Shown: in pieces, positions 36,345-46,400 of the stretch
Layout of the letters: every line of letters starts with the position of its first letter
How positions within the stretch are numbered: the stretch's first letter is position 1
IMG/VR virus record: IMGVR_UViG_3300027736_000020
Span: 64,001 to 128,000 of that record
Strand: one strand, 5' to 3'
Source: a virus
DNA length: 64,000 bases
The notes under the pieces: model-generated
What the model saw: only the letters and a program-made list of their open reading frames with translations
The model's database searches: none
What the model was told of the DNA's origin: nothing
Program-made: the position numbers and the translations under genes

Positions 36345-37919
36345 TCAAGGAATTGGCTTTGGATTTGGAATAAAATTAACTCCATAAGTATTTTCATATG
36401 CATAATGCCAATGTGGATCTTTTGTTATTACTGACGGAGATTTCAATGATTCTGAAAACTTATTATTTACTCCTGTTGCAAATTGTCCTCTTGGATTTGC
36501 AGATTGAACTCGGCGTCCATTTCTGTCTAAAAACAGATTAGCAGGAACCATTTTTTCACCTGATGCGCTTGTTATGCCACGTCTAGCAGGATCATAATTG
36601 GACATCCAAAGTTTTTTTGCTTTGTCTATTTGTGCATCTATCAACTTTTGTTTATATAATTCTTCATTAGCGTCTTGGTGATGCCAATTATCAAGTGCAT
36701 TCATATTCCAAGTCATTCCCGAATTTGATGCTTCCCATATTTTTCTTTTTTCTTGCAAATTATTTGTCATGTCGTTCCATACAGGAGTATAACTTTGATC
36801 ATGATTTTGCATCTCATTTCCATATGTAGATCTTGCCCTGTCAATGAGAGAACCTAAATGTTGAGCGTAAGATGCCTGATATTTGTCAAATTCATTTTCG
36901 TGATTTTTCATTGCTCTCATTTGAGACTTTATTCTTGAGCCGGGAGTGTAAACTTGAGTTAGTGGATCAATATCGTCATAATAATTTTGCACTTGTGCAG
37001 TGGGAGCATTTCCATACGCAGATCTTTCCCATCCTGTTTGCTCGTATCCTCCGGTACTTGGATCGTACTTGCTTGTAGGCCTTGCCGCTCCCATGACATT
37101 GCTTGCTATGGCCCCTTTGCCTTGTGCAAAATTCTTAAAAGAATTAATAGGCAAAACGCCTCTTCCATAATGATTTGTTCCAAGCATTCCGGAAAGACCA
37201 TGATTGATAATATCGGCTCCATAAATACCAGCAAACGTCGTTGCATTTCCGATGGCCTGCAAGATGTTCCATCCAGCAGCGCTTCCTTTTCCTGAATAGT
37301 TGATTTTTTCAGGATTATCTGGATCAACCGTTCCTCCCCAAGAAGGGACAATACGCGGAAGTATTCCAAGTTGTTTTCTGTTAAGAAGATCCAGTGAATT
37401 TTGAGGCAAAACATTCCAAGAAGATCTTCCTCTTCCTGCATATCCTGCTTTTCTTTTGGCTTTGCTTAATGACTCATCAATGTTTTTTTTTGATTGAAAA
37501 GATTTTTTCAATGAATTGTCTTCAAGCAAAAATTCATCAGGGAGTCCTGCTCTTGCTATGGCTTTTTGTAGTGCCAACATTCTTCCTGATAATGCAATTT
37601 GCATTGCAGCATTGTATTTTTTGTTGTCGCCATTTTTTGCGCCAAATGCTGATTCGATTGTGTGATCTTCTACGGATGGAGAAAGAAGTTTCTCAAAATC
37701 CTCAGTTGTTACAAGTTTCCCAATGACGGTTTTGCCGCTCAATTTCTTTTTGGCATCATTGATCAGTTTTTCAGTATTTTCTGCAATTTTTTTGTCATTA
37801 TCTAGAGTAGTAGTATTTTCAACGATCTTATCGCTGAGCAACGAAAAATCCTTGTCATCTTTAGGCCAATACCAATTAATTGGCAGTATATCTTTTTGGG
37901 ATTTTTTTAACTTTTTCAT
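36345..37919 (-). CDS. Hypothetical protein, possible internal virion protein
   Basis: 524 aa; starts MKKLKKSQ and contains SLKKSF and SLSKAK; Gly-rich amphipathic middle section. Confidence 0.7.
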   Translation of the reverse strand: MKKLKKSQKDILPINWYWPKDDKDFSLLSDKIVENTTTLDNDKKIAENTEKLINDAKKKLSGKTVIGKLVTTEDFEKLLSPSVEDHTIESAFGAKNGDNKKYNAAMQIALSGRMLALQKAIARAGLPDEFLLEDNSLKKSFQSKKNIDESLSKAKRKAGYAGRGRSSWNVLPQNSLDLLNRKQLGILPRIVPSWGGTVDPDNPEKINYSGKGSAAGWNILQAIGNATTFAGIYGADIINHGLSGMLGTNHYGRGVLPINSFKNFAQGKGAIASNVMGAARPTSKYDPSTGGYEQTGWERSAYGNAPTAQVQNYYDDIDPLTQVYTPGSRIKSQMRAMKNHENEFDKYQASYAQHLGSLIDRARSTYGNEMQNHDQSYTPVWNDMTNNLQEKRKIWEASNSGMTWNMNALDNWHHQDANEELYKQKLIDAQIDKAKKLWMSNYDPARRGITSASGEKMVPANLFLDRNGRRVQSANPRGQFATGVNNKFSESLKSPSVITKDPHWHYAYENTYGVNFIPNPKPIP

Positions 37920-37921
37920 AG

Positions 37922-38695
37922 TTACATCACCACTCCGGATTGTACGACATTTGTATCAAAATTTTCGGCTTTTATGACTGGAAGATTTTCCAAAGGCATA
38001 GAACTCATATCTTCATCATCTATTTTGTGTCCCGCTTGATTCAAATAATACAATTGTAAATAATTATAAATAATTTTATTATGAAGATCTGTTGCATGAA
38101 TGACTTCCGGAGTTGCTCGTAAAATCTGTGGTATTCCTACCATGGGCAACAACAAATGAGAAGGTTTGTCGCAAATACCCAATGCGACTAATGACGCCCA
38201 TATGTATGCTGACTCATTCATTCCCATGGATTTCTGTTCTTCAATGAGATTTTCATCATATCCTGCTCGCCAATGAGGACACGTATCCATGCTTGAGGCA
38301 TACACAAGAAACTGAAAGTTTTTTATTTTTGGATTTAGGCATTTGCGTTTCAATGGATCCTTGCTGTTTTTTTCAGAAAGATATATGCATCCAATGCATG
38401 ATTTAAATTGTAAAAAATACCACCAAACGACGTGTTTGCCATTTGGCATTTTTGGAAGATCTACTCTTTCAACACCCAAGCATGCCATCATGTCAACAAC
38501 TTGTTCTGGACGAGACAGTATGTTCTGAGGAAGAGGTGAACGGTATGGTTCCAATTTTTTGGATAAGTCATCCATGAAAAATTTTGCCCAATCCCTATTT
38601 GCCGTATCAGACAATCTTGATCCAAATTGATTTTCGACGATGGATGGCACAGGTATTTTTACGGAAAAATTACTTGAGACTGTAGGATTATTCAT
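37922..38695 (-). CDS. Hypothetical protein with Cys cluster
   Basis: Likely start at 38695 (ATGA overlap with the upstream stop). Contains CIGC...KC...TCPHW. Confidence 0.65.
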   Translation of the reverse strand: MNNPTVSSNFSVKIPVPSIVENQFGSRLSDTANRDWAKFFMDDLSKKLEPYRSPLPQNILSRPEQVVDMMACLGVERVDLPKMPNGKHVVWWYFLQFKSCIGCIYLSEKNSKDPLKRKCLNPKIKNFQFLVYASSMDTCPHWRAGYDENLIEEQKSMGMNESAYIWASLVALGICDKPSHLLLPMVGIPQILRATPEVIHATDLHNKIIYNYLQLYYLNQAGHKIDDEDMSSMPLENLPVIKAENFDTNVVQSGVVM

Positions 38696-41600
38696 CTGGA
38701 CATATTCTTTTCTGGTTGTTCTTCCATTGGTTTGGCATTCCACACATTGTTTGACAAAAAGTGTGTGTGATTATTTGAAATGAATATTTCCGAATGATCA
38801 AGTTTTGGCAATAATACTTTTTCCTTGTTGCCCATAGGCAACAAGACAGAAATAGTTGCCGGATTATCTCCGTAATATTTTTCAGATGCCATGTCACTTG
38901 GAGCAACTTCTGAAGTATTTGCTCGAACCTCATACGCACCAATGATCGCTATTCTGCTTGAATCTGCACAAACTATTGTTCCATCATTATTGATAATAGT
39001 GGAATACCCCATGTGCAATGCTACTTTTTCCATGTCAAACATATCGTTGTTTGTCAATGTCAAAGAAAAAAGTGAACTTCCATTTTTTGATTGTTTCCAT
39101 TTTTTCCACGCCAAATATGTTTCTTCCAAATCTTTTTGCATTATTACTTTTCCCATATGATAATCAAATACAATCATGTATTTATCATCAACGATTTTTT
39201 CGTAATTATTTATTGAAGACATGATAGAAGCAATTGATTCTTTGTTTTTTATTGGAGAGTTCACCAGAGCATGCAATCCCGAATAAGACAATCCAAGATA
39301 ATTTTTCATACCAAGAAAAAACATGTTATTTACAGAATTTTTGTTTGTCCAGACAAAACATCGAGCAATTGAGCCTGTTGCTCCATCATAACTCATTCCC
39401 AAATCGCGAGCATAGGAAATTGCCGGATTTGTTTTTATCTGATTGATAACTGTTTTCATTTTTTTGAAGTATTGAGGATTATAAGAATGTAAAACAGACT
39501 CTCCATAAAACAATGGGATTCCATCATTAAAATCATTGACTTTTTGAACAAATTCACCCGAAAGTATTGTTTTCCTGTTTTGTGTAGGTATTTTTTTCCC
39601 AGCCATCATTGATTTTTCTGATTCCCAAATTTGTTCAATATTTACAGGAAAGAACTTATTTATTTGCATGTATTCACAAATCATTTGAAGAAGAATTTCA
39701 GGAGAAACAAAAGTATGTTCAGAAATTTCTTCAGAAACATTTTTCCCTTCTATTCCAAATTCCGGAATACTATCAACATCACAACGATAAACGTGATAAA
39801 GCATTTGCGCAGTGTGTTGATCGCCAGCAATTTTTGCAAGATGTGAAATCGCATCATCTACCGATCCTAATTTTCCTGTCTGAGCCTTGCCAAAAGCATC
39901 ATGATAACGAATTATTTTCATGAACATTTTTTTTTCTTCGGGATTGAAGAAAAATTCCGACGCAAATGATTCAGCAAGGATTGAAGAATATTTTGCATGC
40001 TCCTCTGAAACGCCGCCAACTCCTCCATCTTCACGAGAAGCTTTGCCAATGTCATGAAGTAGCGCTGCAACACGCAGGACGCGTATTGAGCGATCATTTT
40101 GAATCTCCTTGGCAGGACAATAGCCATTTGGTCTTGTGACATCAACAAGAGTGGCGCAATTTAACGAATGAGTCAATACGTCAATATTCTTGTGTCCCGG
40201 TCCTTGTTGCATTCCTTTCAATGAAGGAAACTGACGTGTCAGCCAAGATTTTACTGTCTCATATTGAGCAGACATCATGGTGTTATCTGGCAAGAATGGC
40301 ATTTCCCACTCAATGGTGTCTGTTTTGCTGGCAGAAAATAATTTTTCTGATGTTTTTGCGTAGCTTCCAGAAGAAATTCTCATATTTTTTTGAGCATTTA
40401 TTCCTTCAGTGTTAACCCAAAAAATAAAATCTGGAAGATATCCACAAACAATCATTTGCAGGCTTGAAAAAATGCTTACATTTCCAAATGCAAATTGCCT
40501 TTCTGGTTTGTATAAGAATATTGGATTTCCGTTATTGTCTGTGCAGGAAATTGAAAATGAATATATTTTTGAAAAGTCACTAGGAACGACTTTCTTTGTT
40601 TTGCTTGGAGAAGGAGTTTCTTTTGAGATTCTTTCAGCATGTAACCGCACGGAATACGAAAAATTAAATTTTTGATTATCAACTTTGATGAAGTCAAAAT
40701 ATGTTTTTTTGTCTGAAGCATTTGCCGGAATATCAAATTCGGTAACTTTGATCAAGCTTGGAACAAGCATCTTGTCCTTGGCGTTCATGGCAGTTGTATG
40801 CACTGCATGAATAATTGGAACAAAATTGATAAGTTTTACTGCAGATTCCTGATCTTTTATTTTTGATGATATTATTTGAGATTCATAAAAATTGGAAACT
40901 ATGGAAAAAAATTCTTTATAGTCTTGTATTGTATTGTTTTCAGGAGAAAGACTCAATAGTTCATTTTTCTCAAAAATACTTACATAATCAGTAAGATTTC
41001 CGTTTACTCTTTCCATGTTTCCATATTTAACAATGATAGAACTTGCATCATTTATCGAATACGATATGGGAACTGATGGAATGGTAATGGTTGCCGGAGC
41101 AACTCTTTTCCCAAGTATTGATTCTGATTTCATGTTTTCCAAAGAGGCTTCAAAAAGAATTTCATTGTTAACGGTATATTCAAAATCAGTAAAATCTGGA
41201 GCATTTTTAATTTTCATTGCTTTTGCCAATGCGACAAGACCAATGATATTTTCTCGATCTTCTTCTTCGGCAGCAATGAATATCTCTTGCACTTGCTCAA
41301 AAAAATTGTTAAAGAGCGTAACAATATGTCCTTTAGAAATATGTTGCCAATGAACATCTACATGAAAATTACTTCCCGGATATTCCACCCTGTAGGAATT
41401 TTCTGAAATCGCCTTGACAATTGCGCCTGTTAAAAATGTATGCCACCATATATTAGGGTTGAGCAACTCGTTTTTCATCTCGTGTGATTGCTTGTCCAAA
41501 ATATTTGCAATAGGATTCATGGATCTTGTGGGAAAATATGATGGAGCAATAATTGATACCTTGGAAGCAACTTGTCCTATTGAAGAAGAAGGAACATACG

Positions 41601-42783
41601 AAATATACCCCGAAAACCTCATCGCGCTCCAAGGATTTGCATTTGGAGCACAAACTGCTTTATGTGGCAAGGCCATGTTTCTTGCTGCAGAATACACATA
41701 CATTGCCAGTTCTGACATCATGTATGTAGAAATAAATGACGCACAAGGTCGTGCGACATGTTTAATAAAATGCATTTCTTGAAAATTTGTGGATATTTGA
41801 CCTATTTTTTTCCCATTCTTGTCGTATATTTCAATGATCCAGCTTTCATCAAGCCCTGTAATGCCCCTGAATGTTCTGCAAGCTATTGAAAAAATTTTTC
41901 TTTTTTGATTATTCTTTATCTCACATCGAAGCGTATGCATGTCTTTATTGACATATTTTTGCCAATTTGAAGATTCTTTTACTTGCTCAAACACATACAA
42001 AAATGAATTTTTCCTGTTTTTCTTTCTTTCGTCCTCAGAAATGAATCCATTTGAATCAAAAATTATGGCTTTTTCCAGAAATTCTGCTTCAGCAATAATG
42101 GTGCTTGTTGACATGTCATTTGCAAGAGACATTTCAAAGTCATGATGGGGATGACGCATTTTTTGCGAAAATGTTGCCCTCATGTTTGGCAAAAAATCCA
42201 TATCCTGCTTTTCATACGACCATACGCCTGTTGAAAGATATGAGCCATCACCCCAATGTTCAGAAGTCTCATTCTCATCTCTGGATGTCATATCGGGATT
42301 TTTTACATAAAAATTGAATTTTCCTTTCTTTTGATAGGAAGAAAGAATATTCATCAGAAGTTTGTATTTTTCTGATATTGCTTTTCCAAATTTCAATATT
42401 TGATCTTTTGTGTAAATGTTTGATATAAGAGAAAGAAGCAATTGAACATCTCCGCTTGGAATATTTTTTTTGTTGCAATATGCGTACAGTTTCATGTAGG
42501 AAAATAATTTTCTTGATATTTCCAACAAATCATTTTCGGAAAAAACCTGAGGAGGAAAAATATTTTTTAGTTCATGCGCAAAAATTAATTCTTGATTCAC
42601 AATTTGCGGATCCTTGTTCAGGAAAGAAGGCAAAACGGAATCAATCGGCAAATTAAAAAATACAGGATCAAGTTTCTTGAACACAGAAATACTGGGAGAT
42701 TGAGCCTTATGCAAAATCTCAGAAAAACTTTTTAATTTGTCTGGAATGGAAAAAAATGGAATTAATGATTGCTTGTTTTCCAT
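38692..42783 (-). CDS. Large multidomain protein with HD phosphohydrolase domain and degenerate PARP-like C-terminal region
   Basis: 1363 aa. HD motifs VLTHSLNC / AALLHDIGK / IIRYHDAFG / YRCD at about 39760-40200 are clear. The ART-like pattern at about 38920-39370 is weaker. Confidence 0.8.
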   Translation of the reverse strand: MENKQSLIPFFSIPDKLKSFSEILHKAQSPSISVFKKLDPVFFNLPIDSVLPSFLNKDPQIVNQELIFAHELKNIFPPQVFSENDLLEISRKLFSYMKLYAYCNKKNIPSGDVQLLLSLISNIYTKDQILKFGKAISEKYKLLMNILSSYQKKGKFNFYVKNPDMTSRDENETSEHWGDGSYLSTGVWSYEKQDMDFLPNMRATFSQKMRHPHHDFEMSLANDMSTSTIIAEAEFLEKAIIFDSNGFISEDERKKNRKNSFLYVFEQVKESSNWQKYVNKDMHTLRCEIKNNQKRKIFSIACRTFRGITGLDESWIIEIYDKNGKKIGQISTNFQEMHFIKHVARPCASFISTYMMSELAMYVYSAARNMALPHKAVCAPNANPWSAMRFSGYISYVPSSSIGQVASKVSIIAPSYFPTRSMNPIANILDKQSHEMKNELLNPNIWWHTFLTGAIVKAISENSYRVEYPGSNFHVDVHWQHISKGHIVTLFNNFFEQVQEIFIAAEEEDRENIIGLVALAKAMKIKNAPDFTDFEYTVNNEILFEASLENMKSESILGKRVAPATITIPSVPISYSINDASSIIVKYGNMERVNGNLTDYVSIFEKNELLSLSPENNTIQDYKEFFSIVSNFYESQIISSKIKDQESAVKLINFVPIIHAVHTTAMNAKDKMLVPSLIKVTEFDIPANASDKKTYFDFIKVDNQKFNFSYSVRLHAERISKETPSPSKTKKVVPSDFSKIYSFSISCTDNNGNPIFLYKPERQFAFGNVSIFSSLQMIVCGYLPDFIFWVNTEGINAQKNMRISSGSYAKTSEKLFSASKTDTIEWEMPFLPDNTMMSAQYETVKSWLTRQFPSLKGMQQGPGHKNIDVLTHSLNCATLVDVTRPNGYCPAKEIQNDRSIRVLRVAALLHDIGKASREDGGVGGVSEEHAKYSSILAESFASEFFFNPEEKKMFMKIIRYHDAFGKAQTGKLGSVDDAISHLAKIAGDQHTAQMLYHVYRCDVDSIPEFGIEGKNVSEEISEHTFVSPEILLQMICEYMQINKFFPVNIEQIWESEKSMMAGKKIPTQNRKTILSGEFVQKVNDFNDGIPLFYGESVLHSYNPQYFKKMKTVINQIKTNPAISYARDLGMSYDGATGSIARCFVWTNKNSVNNMFFLGMKNYLGLSYSGLHALVNSPIKNKESIASIMSSINNYEKIVDDKYMIVFDYHMGKVIMQKDLEETYLAWKKWKQSKNGSSLFSLTLTNNDMFDMEKVALHMGYSTIINNDGTIVCADSSRIAIIGAYEVRANTSEVAPSDMASEKYYGDNPATISVLLPMGNKEKVLLPKLDHSEIFISNNHTHFLSNNVWNAKPMEEQPEKNMSR

Positions 42784-42791
42784 TTGTAGTT

Positions 42792-43457
42792 TTACTCTTT
42801 CGTGTGTTCAAGAAATGCTAGGTTAGGAGAATTAAAAAATATATTGCTTTCATATACTGGCCAATACTCCAATGGACTTGCGTTAAACATGATATGATCA
42901 GGAGCATGCGTTATTATACCATTACCATGAATTGCCAACGAAGCTCTGTGATGTTCATGCGCCAGATATTCACCGGCAATTCGTAATGCTTCTTCTTTTG
43001 TGTCTTTTCCATATTTGGCAATTTCACACACTACAGGATGATGATTTGCTTCCCTCAGAATAATTAACGTTGTTCCATCATCATTGATAATTTGTACTTT
43101 TAAATTTGATGATCCAAATGTAAAAGTTTTGCAAGGAAGGTTGCCCATTGCAGAAGTTGATGATTCGTGATCTTGGTGTAATTTTTCTGTCATCTGTTTT
43201 GCAAGATCGTGTAATTTTCCGTGCTTTATTTTTTCATTGGATATTCTGTAGGATCCGTCATCATAATGTTCGGATTCCAATCCGTGAACAAGTACTTTTT
43301 TCAAATCTTTTATGTTTGATGTTGTTTCATGCAATTTTTTATGAGGATGAGAATCATGAAATGATCCAATCATGTAGCTAATTTTTCCGGAGGGCAGAAG
43401 ATTCCAATGTCCAAGAGCAGGACTCAATATGTTGGAAAAATTCATTATGGATTTCAT
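42792..43457 (-). CDS. Hypothetical protein (His-rich)
   Basis: 221-aa ORF tightly packed between two giant genes; AAGGA RBS. Confidence 0.7.
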   Translation of the reverse strand: MKSIMNFSNILSPALGHWNLLPSGKISYMIGSFHDSHPHKKLHETTSNIKDLKKVLVHGLESEHYDDGSYRISNEKIKHGKLHDLAKQMTEKLHQDHESSTSAMGNLPCKTFTFGSSNLKVQIINDDGTTLIILREANHHPVVCEIAKYGKDTKEEALRIAGEYLAHEHHRASLAIHGNGIITHAPDHIMFNASPLEYWPVYESNIFFNSPNLAFLEHTKE

Positions 43458-43470
43458 TTTTTTTCCTTGA

Positions 43471-46400
43471 TCACGAATTTGCGGAACTTATTTGAGTGCA
43501 AGCGTTAAAAAATGGTTCACTTTGGTCGCCATTGATATGTCCAAGTATTTTTTTTGTCCATTCCGTAAAAGACAAAGTTACTCTTGCTGGATCTTTAAAT
43601 ACATCGTCGGGTATTTGGTCAGTATTTTTGCCATAATTTGAAAACCCTCCCCTAAATATGTATTTTACTTTTCCTGTTTGAGTATCCATGTGTTCTTGAA
43701 GCTCTTGACTTATTTGTTGAGGCATTGAAATGCCCATGTTTTCTAAATATTTTTTGTAAACATCTCCTCCTGTTGATCCATCATATTCTGAAGTAAGAAA
43801 AGTTCTCCAAAACATTGCTTTCATCATGCGATTTTGTTCGTTTTCGTCATCTGTTTCTTCCCGAATTCTTGCAACCACATCTGCTCTTGTGATGGGTGAA
43901 TCCGGACTATCAGTTTCCAGTTTTTTTTCTTTTATTCCATCAAAAAGTTTTCTTCTTATTCCTTCAAAGTCAGAATTATTTGCCCAATTCTCATACATTT
44001 CTTTTTCTTTGCTGTACACGCCATAGAGAGCAAGTACTTTGGATGATTCATCGTCAAAAGTTCCTATTCCCGCAGGACGAGTGCCAGTATTGGGAGTAAT
44101 TCCAAAATTATCAAAAAGTGAATTTACCTTGGCATTTCTTTCATCTTGCATATCAAGAATAAAATTCCATGTGTTTCTGCCATTGAAATTCAGTGGATTG
44201 AATTGAATTTGACTTTGTCCTGCTGCTTCAGATAGTTTATCAATCCATTGATATTTTTGTTTTTTATTCAAGTCACTAAATTTTTTTCCTTCAACAGTAA
44301 TTATCTTGAAATCGGTTAATTGCAGTCTTTGTGACGATCCATTTGTGTAACTGGAAATTACTTTTTCTATTACACTACGCCTTGGCGTATAACCAATAGC
44401 GTCTCGCGTCAATGTCGAGTCTCTTTCGATTTTTTCTTTCGAAACATCCTCTTTCAATGATTTTCCCTGTATTGATGTTTGATTATTTGGACTATACGAA
44501 GCTTCACAATGTTTGTCAACAATAGCTTTGATTGATTTTATTACAGTATTATACGAACCTCGTTCAGTAACCGGAATATTAGTCGCGAAGTCATCAACTT
44601 CAGGAAAAGGAGCACTACCATTTGGATTTGTTTTTAGATAAACATATCTCATGTATGCTTTTGCAAAGAAAATTGCTTTTTTCTGTTTCAACAATAGTGA
44701 TGGATCTGAAGATGCTAGATCTGAATCCTGTATCCCTGCAACGGCGTCTACATATTTTTTCCCGTAAAGTTGGTCAGTAGCCAATGTCATCAAACCGTCT
44801 ATTTGTTCACTAAGTGGAACGACAGGTGAGGTTCTGTTATTTCCTATATTGTTTGCAAACCCAACATTTGCTGCCATTCCCATTGCCAGATACATATGTT
44901 CCATATCTTTACTGCGATTGCCTGTGGTGGTTGTTCCAATTACAACAAATGTAGAAGGCCTACGTTGTGTTGCCGTCTCAAAATCTTTTCCTTGAAAATT
45001 TACACTGGAAGAAAAACCCAATTCTTTGCTTTTGTCTATTGTTCCACTTTTCCCATTCAAAAGTTTTGTTTTCCATCCATCATCGGTATCAGTATCTTTT
45101 GTTTTAACTGTTGTGTCTTGAGAAGCTCGGGCTTGCGGCAAGAATAAAATGTCATTGGCATCCTTGCTACTTGAAAAAGTTACTGCTGGGACAACCATTG
45201 AAAGATCCTTGCCTGTTGTTGTAAGTGATCTGGTCGGTATGGGAGCAAACATCAATGGACTTTGAGGAACAAAGTAAAGCATTACATTGGATTTGGCAAG
45301 ATTTTTAAACCATTGTTCTGCAAGTCGTGATATTTGTTGCGGTTGGCCAAGAAGACCTGTTATTTCTCTTGCTCTTTGCACTCTTCCGGAATTTATTCCC
45401 GAAAAATCTTCAGAACCATATCCATTATTTCTTCCAAATAAAGTTTGCATGGGAGTAATAAAATTATTTGCTTTTAGTCCCCAAACATGGTTTTTGTTTT
45501 CGTCGAATATTTTCGACAAAAAATTTGATCCGGGAAATACAACCTTTGGTTTTCCCTTGTCGTCACTTATTAATGATTTTACTTGTCTTACGCTGGAATC
45601 TACGGCGTCATCTGTCCAAGGACAATTTATATGTACTTCATCTCCTTTTGAAACAACATTGCTTGTAGATGCAGAATAATCTTCAAATGCATCTTGCGGA
45701 ATATTTTTCTGTGAATCATCATAAGTAAATTCAGGATATTGATCATGAGCATATCCGTCAATGTGACGAGGGTCTAGAGGGCTTCCATTTGGTTCGATAA
45801 CAGGCCCTGTTGATTCCATCAATCCCCTTGCAGACCCATTTATTTTTACTTTGCTAGCAAGGATTTTTTTTCCTCCGGCAATATTTGCACTTGCCTGTTC
45901 TTTGGCAATTGATTGAAATCTTTGTCTTCTTGCCGTATATTCGGCAAGAATAATCATTGATTGCACTTTTCCTGTACTGTCAACATAATTATTGAATTTT
46001 TTTATACCATTTCCGCTTGACACATTTGAAGGATAATAATACGTGTGTTTTGAAATTACAAATTTTTTGCCACCTAATCCTTCTCGAAACATCATTATTT
46101 GCTGGAGCATTACTGGCACTGTTGTTTGACCACCTGTTCTGTTCGTAGTTGTGTATGCTCTTGTTTGTCTTTTTACTTCAATACGAATAGGACTTGATGG
46201 TGCGCCAAGAACATACGTTGAAGATTTTATTCTTGGATCAAATCTCATTCTTTTTAACGATGCAATTCCTATCTGTTTTCTGTCAGATACATTTTCTTCT
46301 TCAGACAAACTTATTCCGTTGTTAAAATCATGAATTTGCTTGTTGCCGCCATATTCCGTAGAATAATTTAAATCATCAACATTCCATTTCCAGTAATTTT

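Noticed and set aside
45250-45650. Possible third SLOG-like (YspA-type) domain in the 2222-aa protein
   Set aside because: Only a vague alpha/beta alternation without diagnostic motifs; cannot be supported without a profile search.
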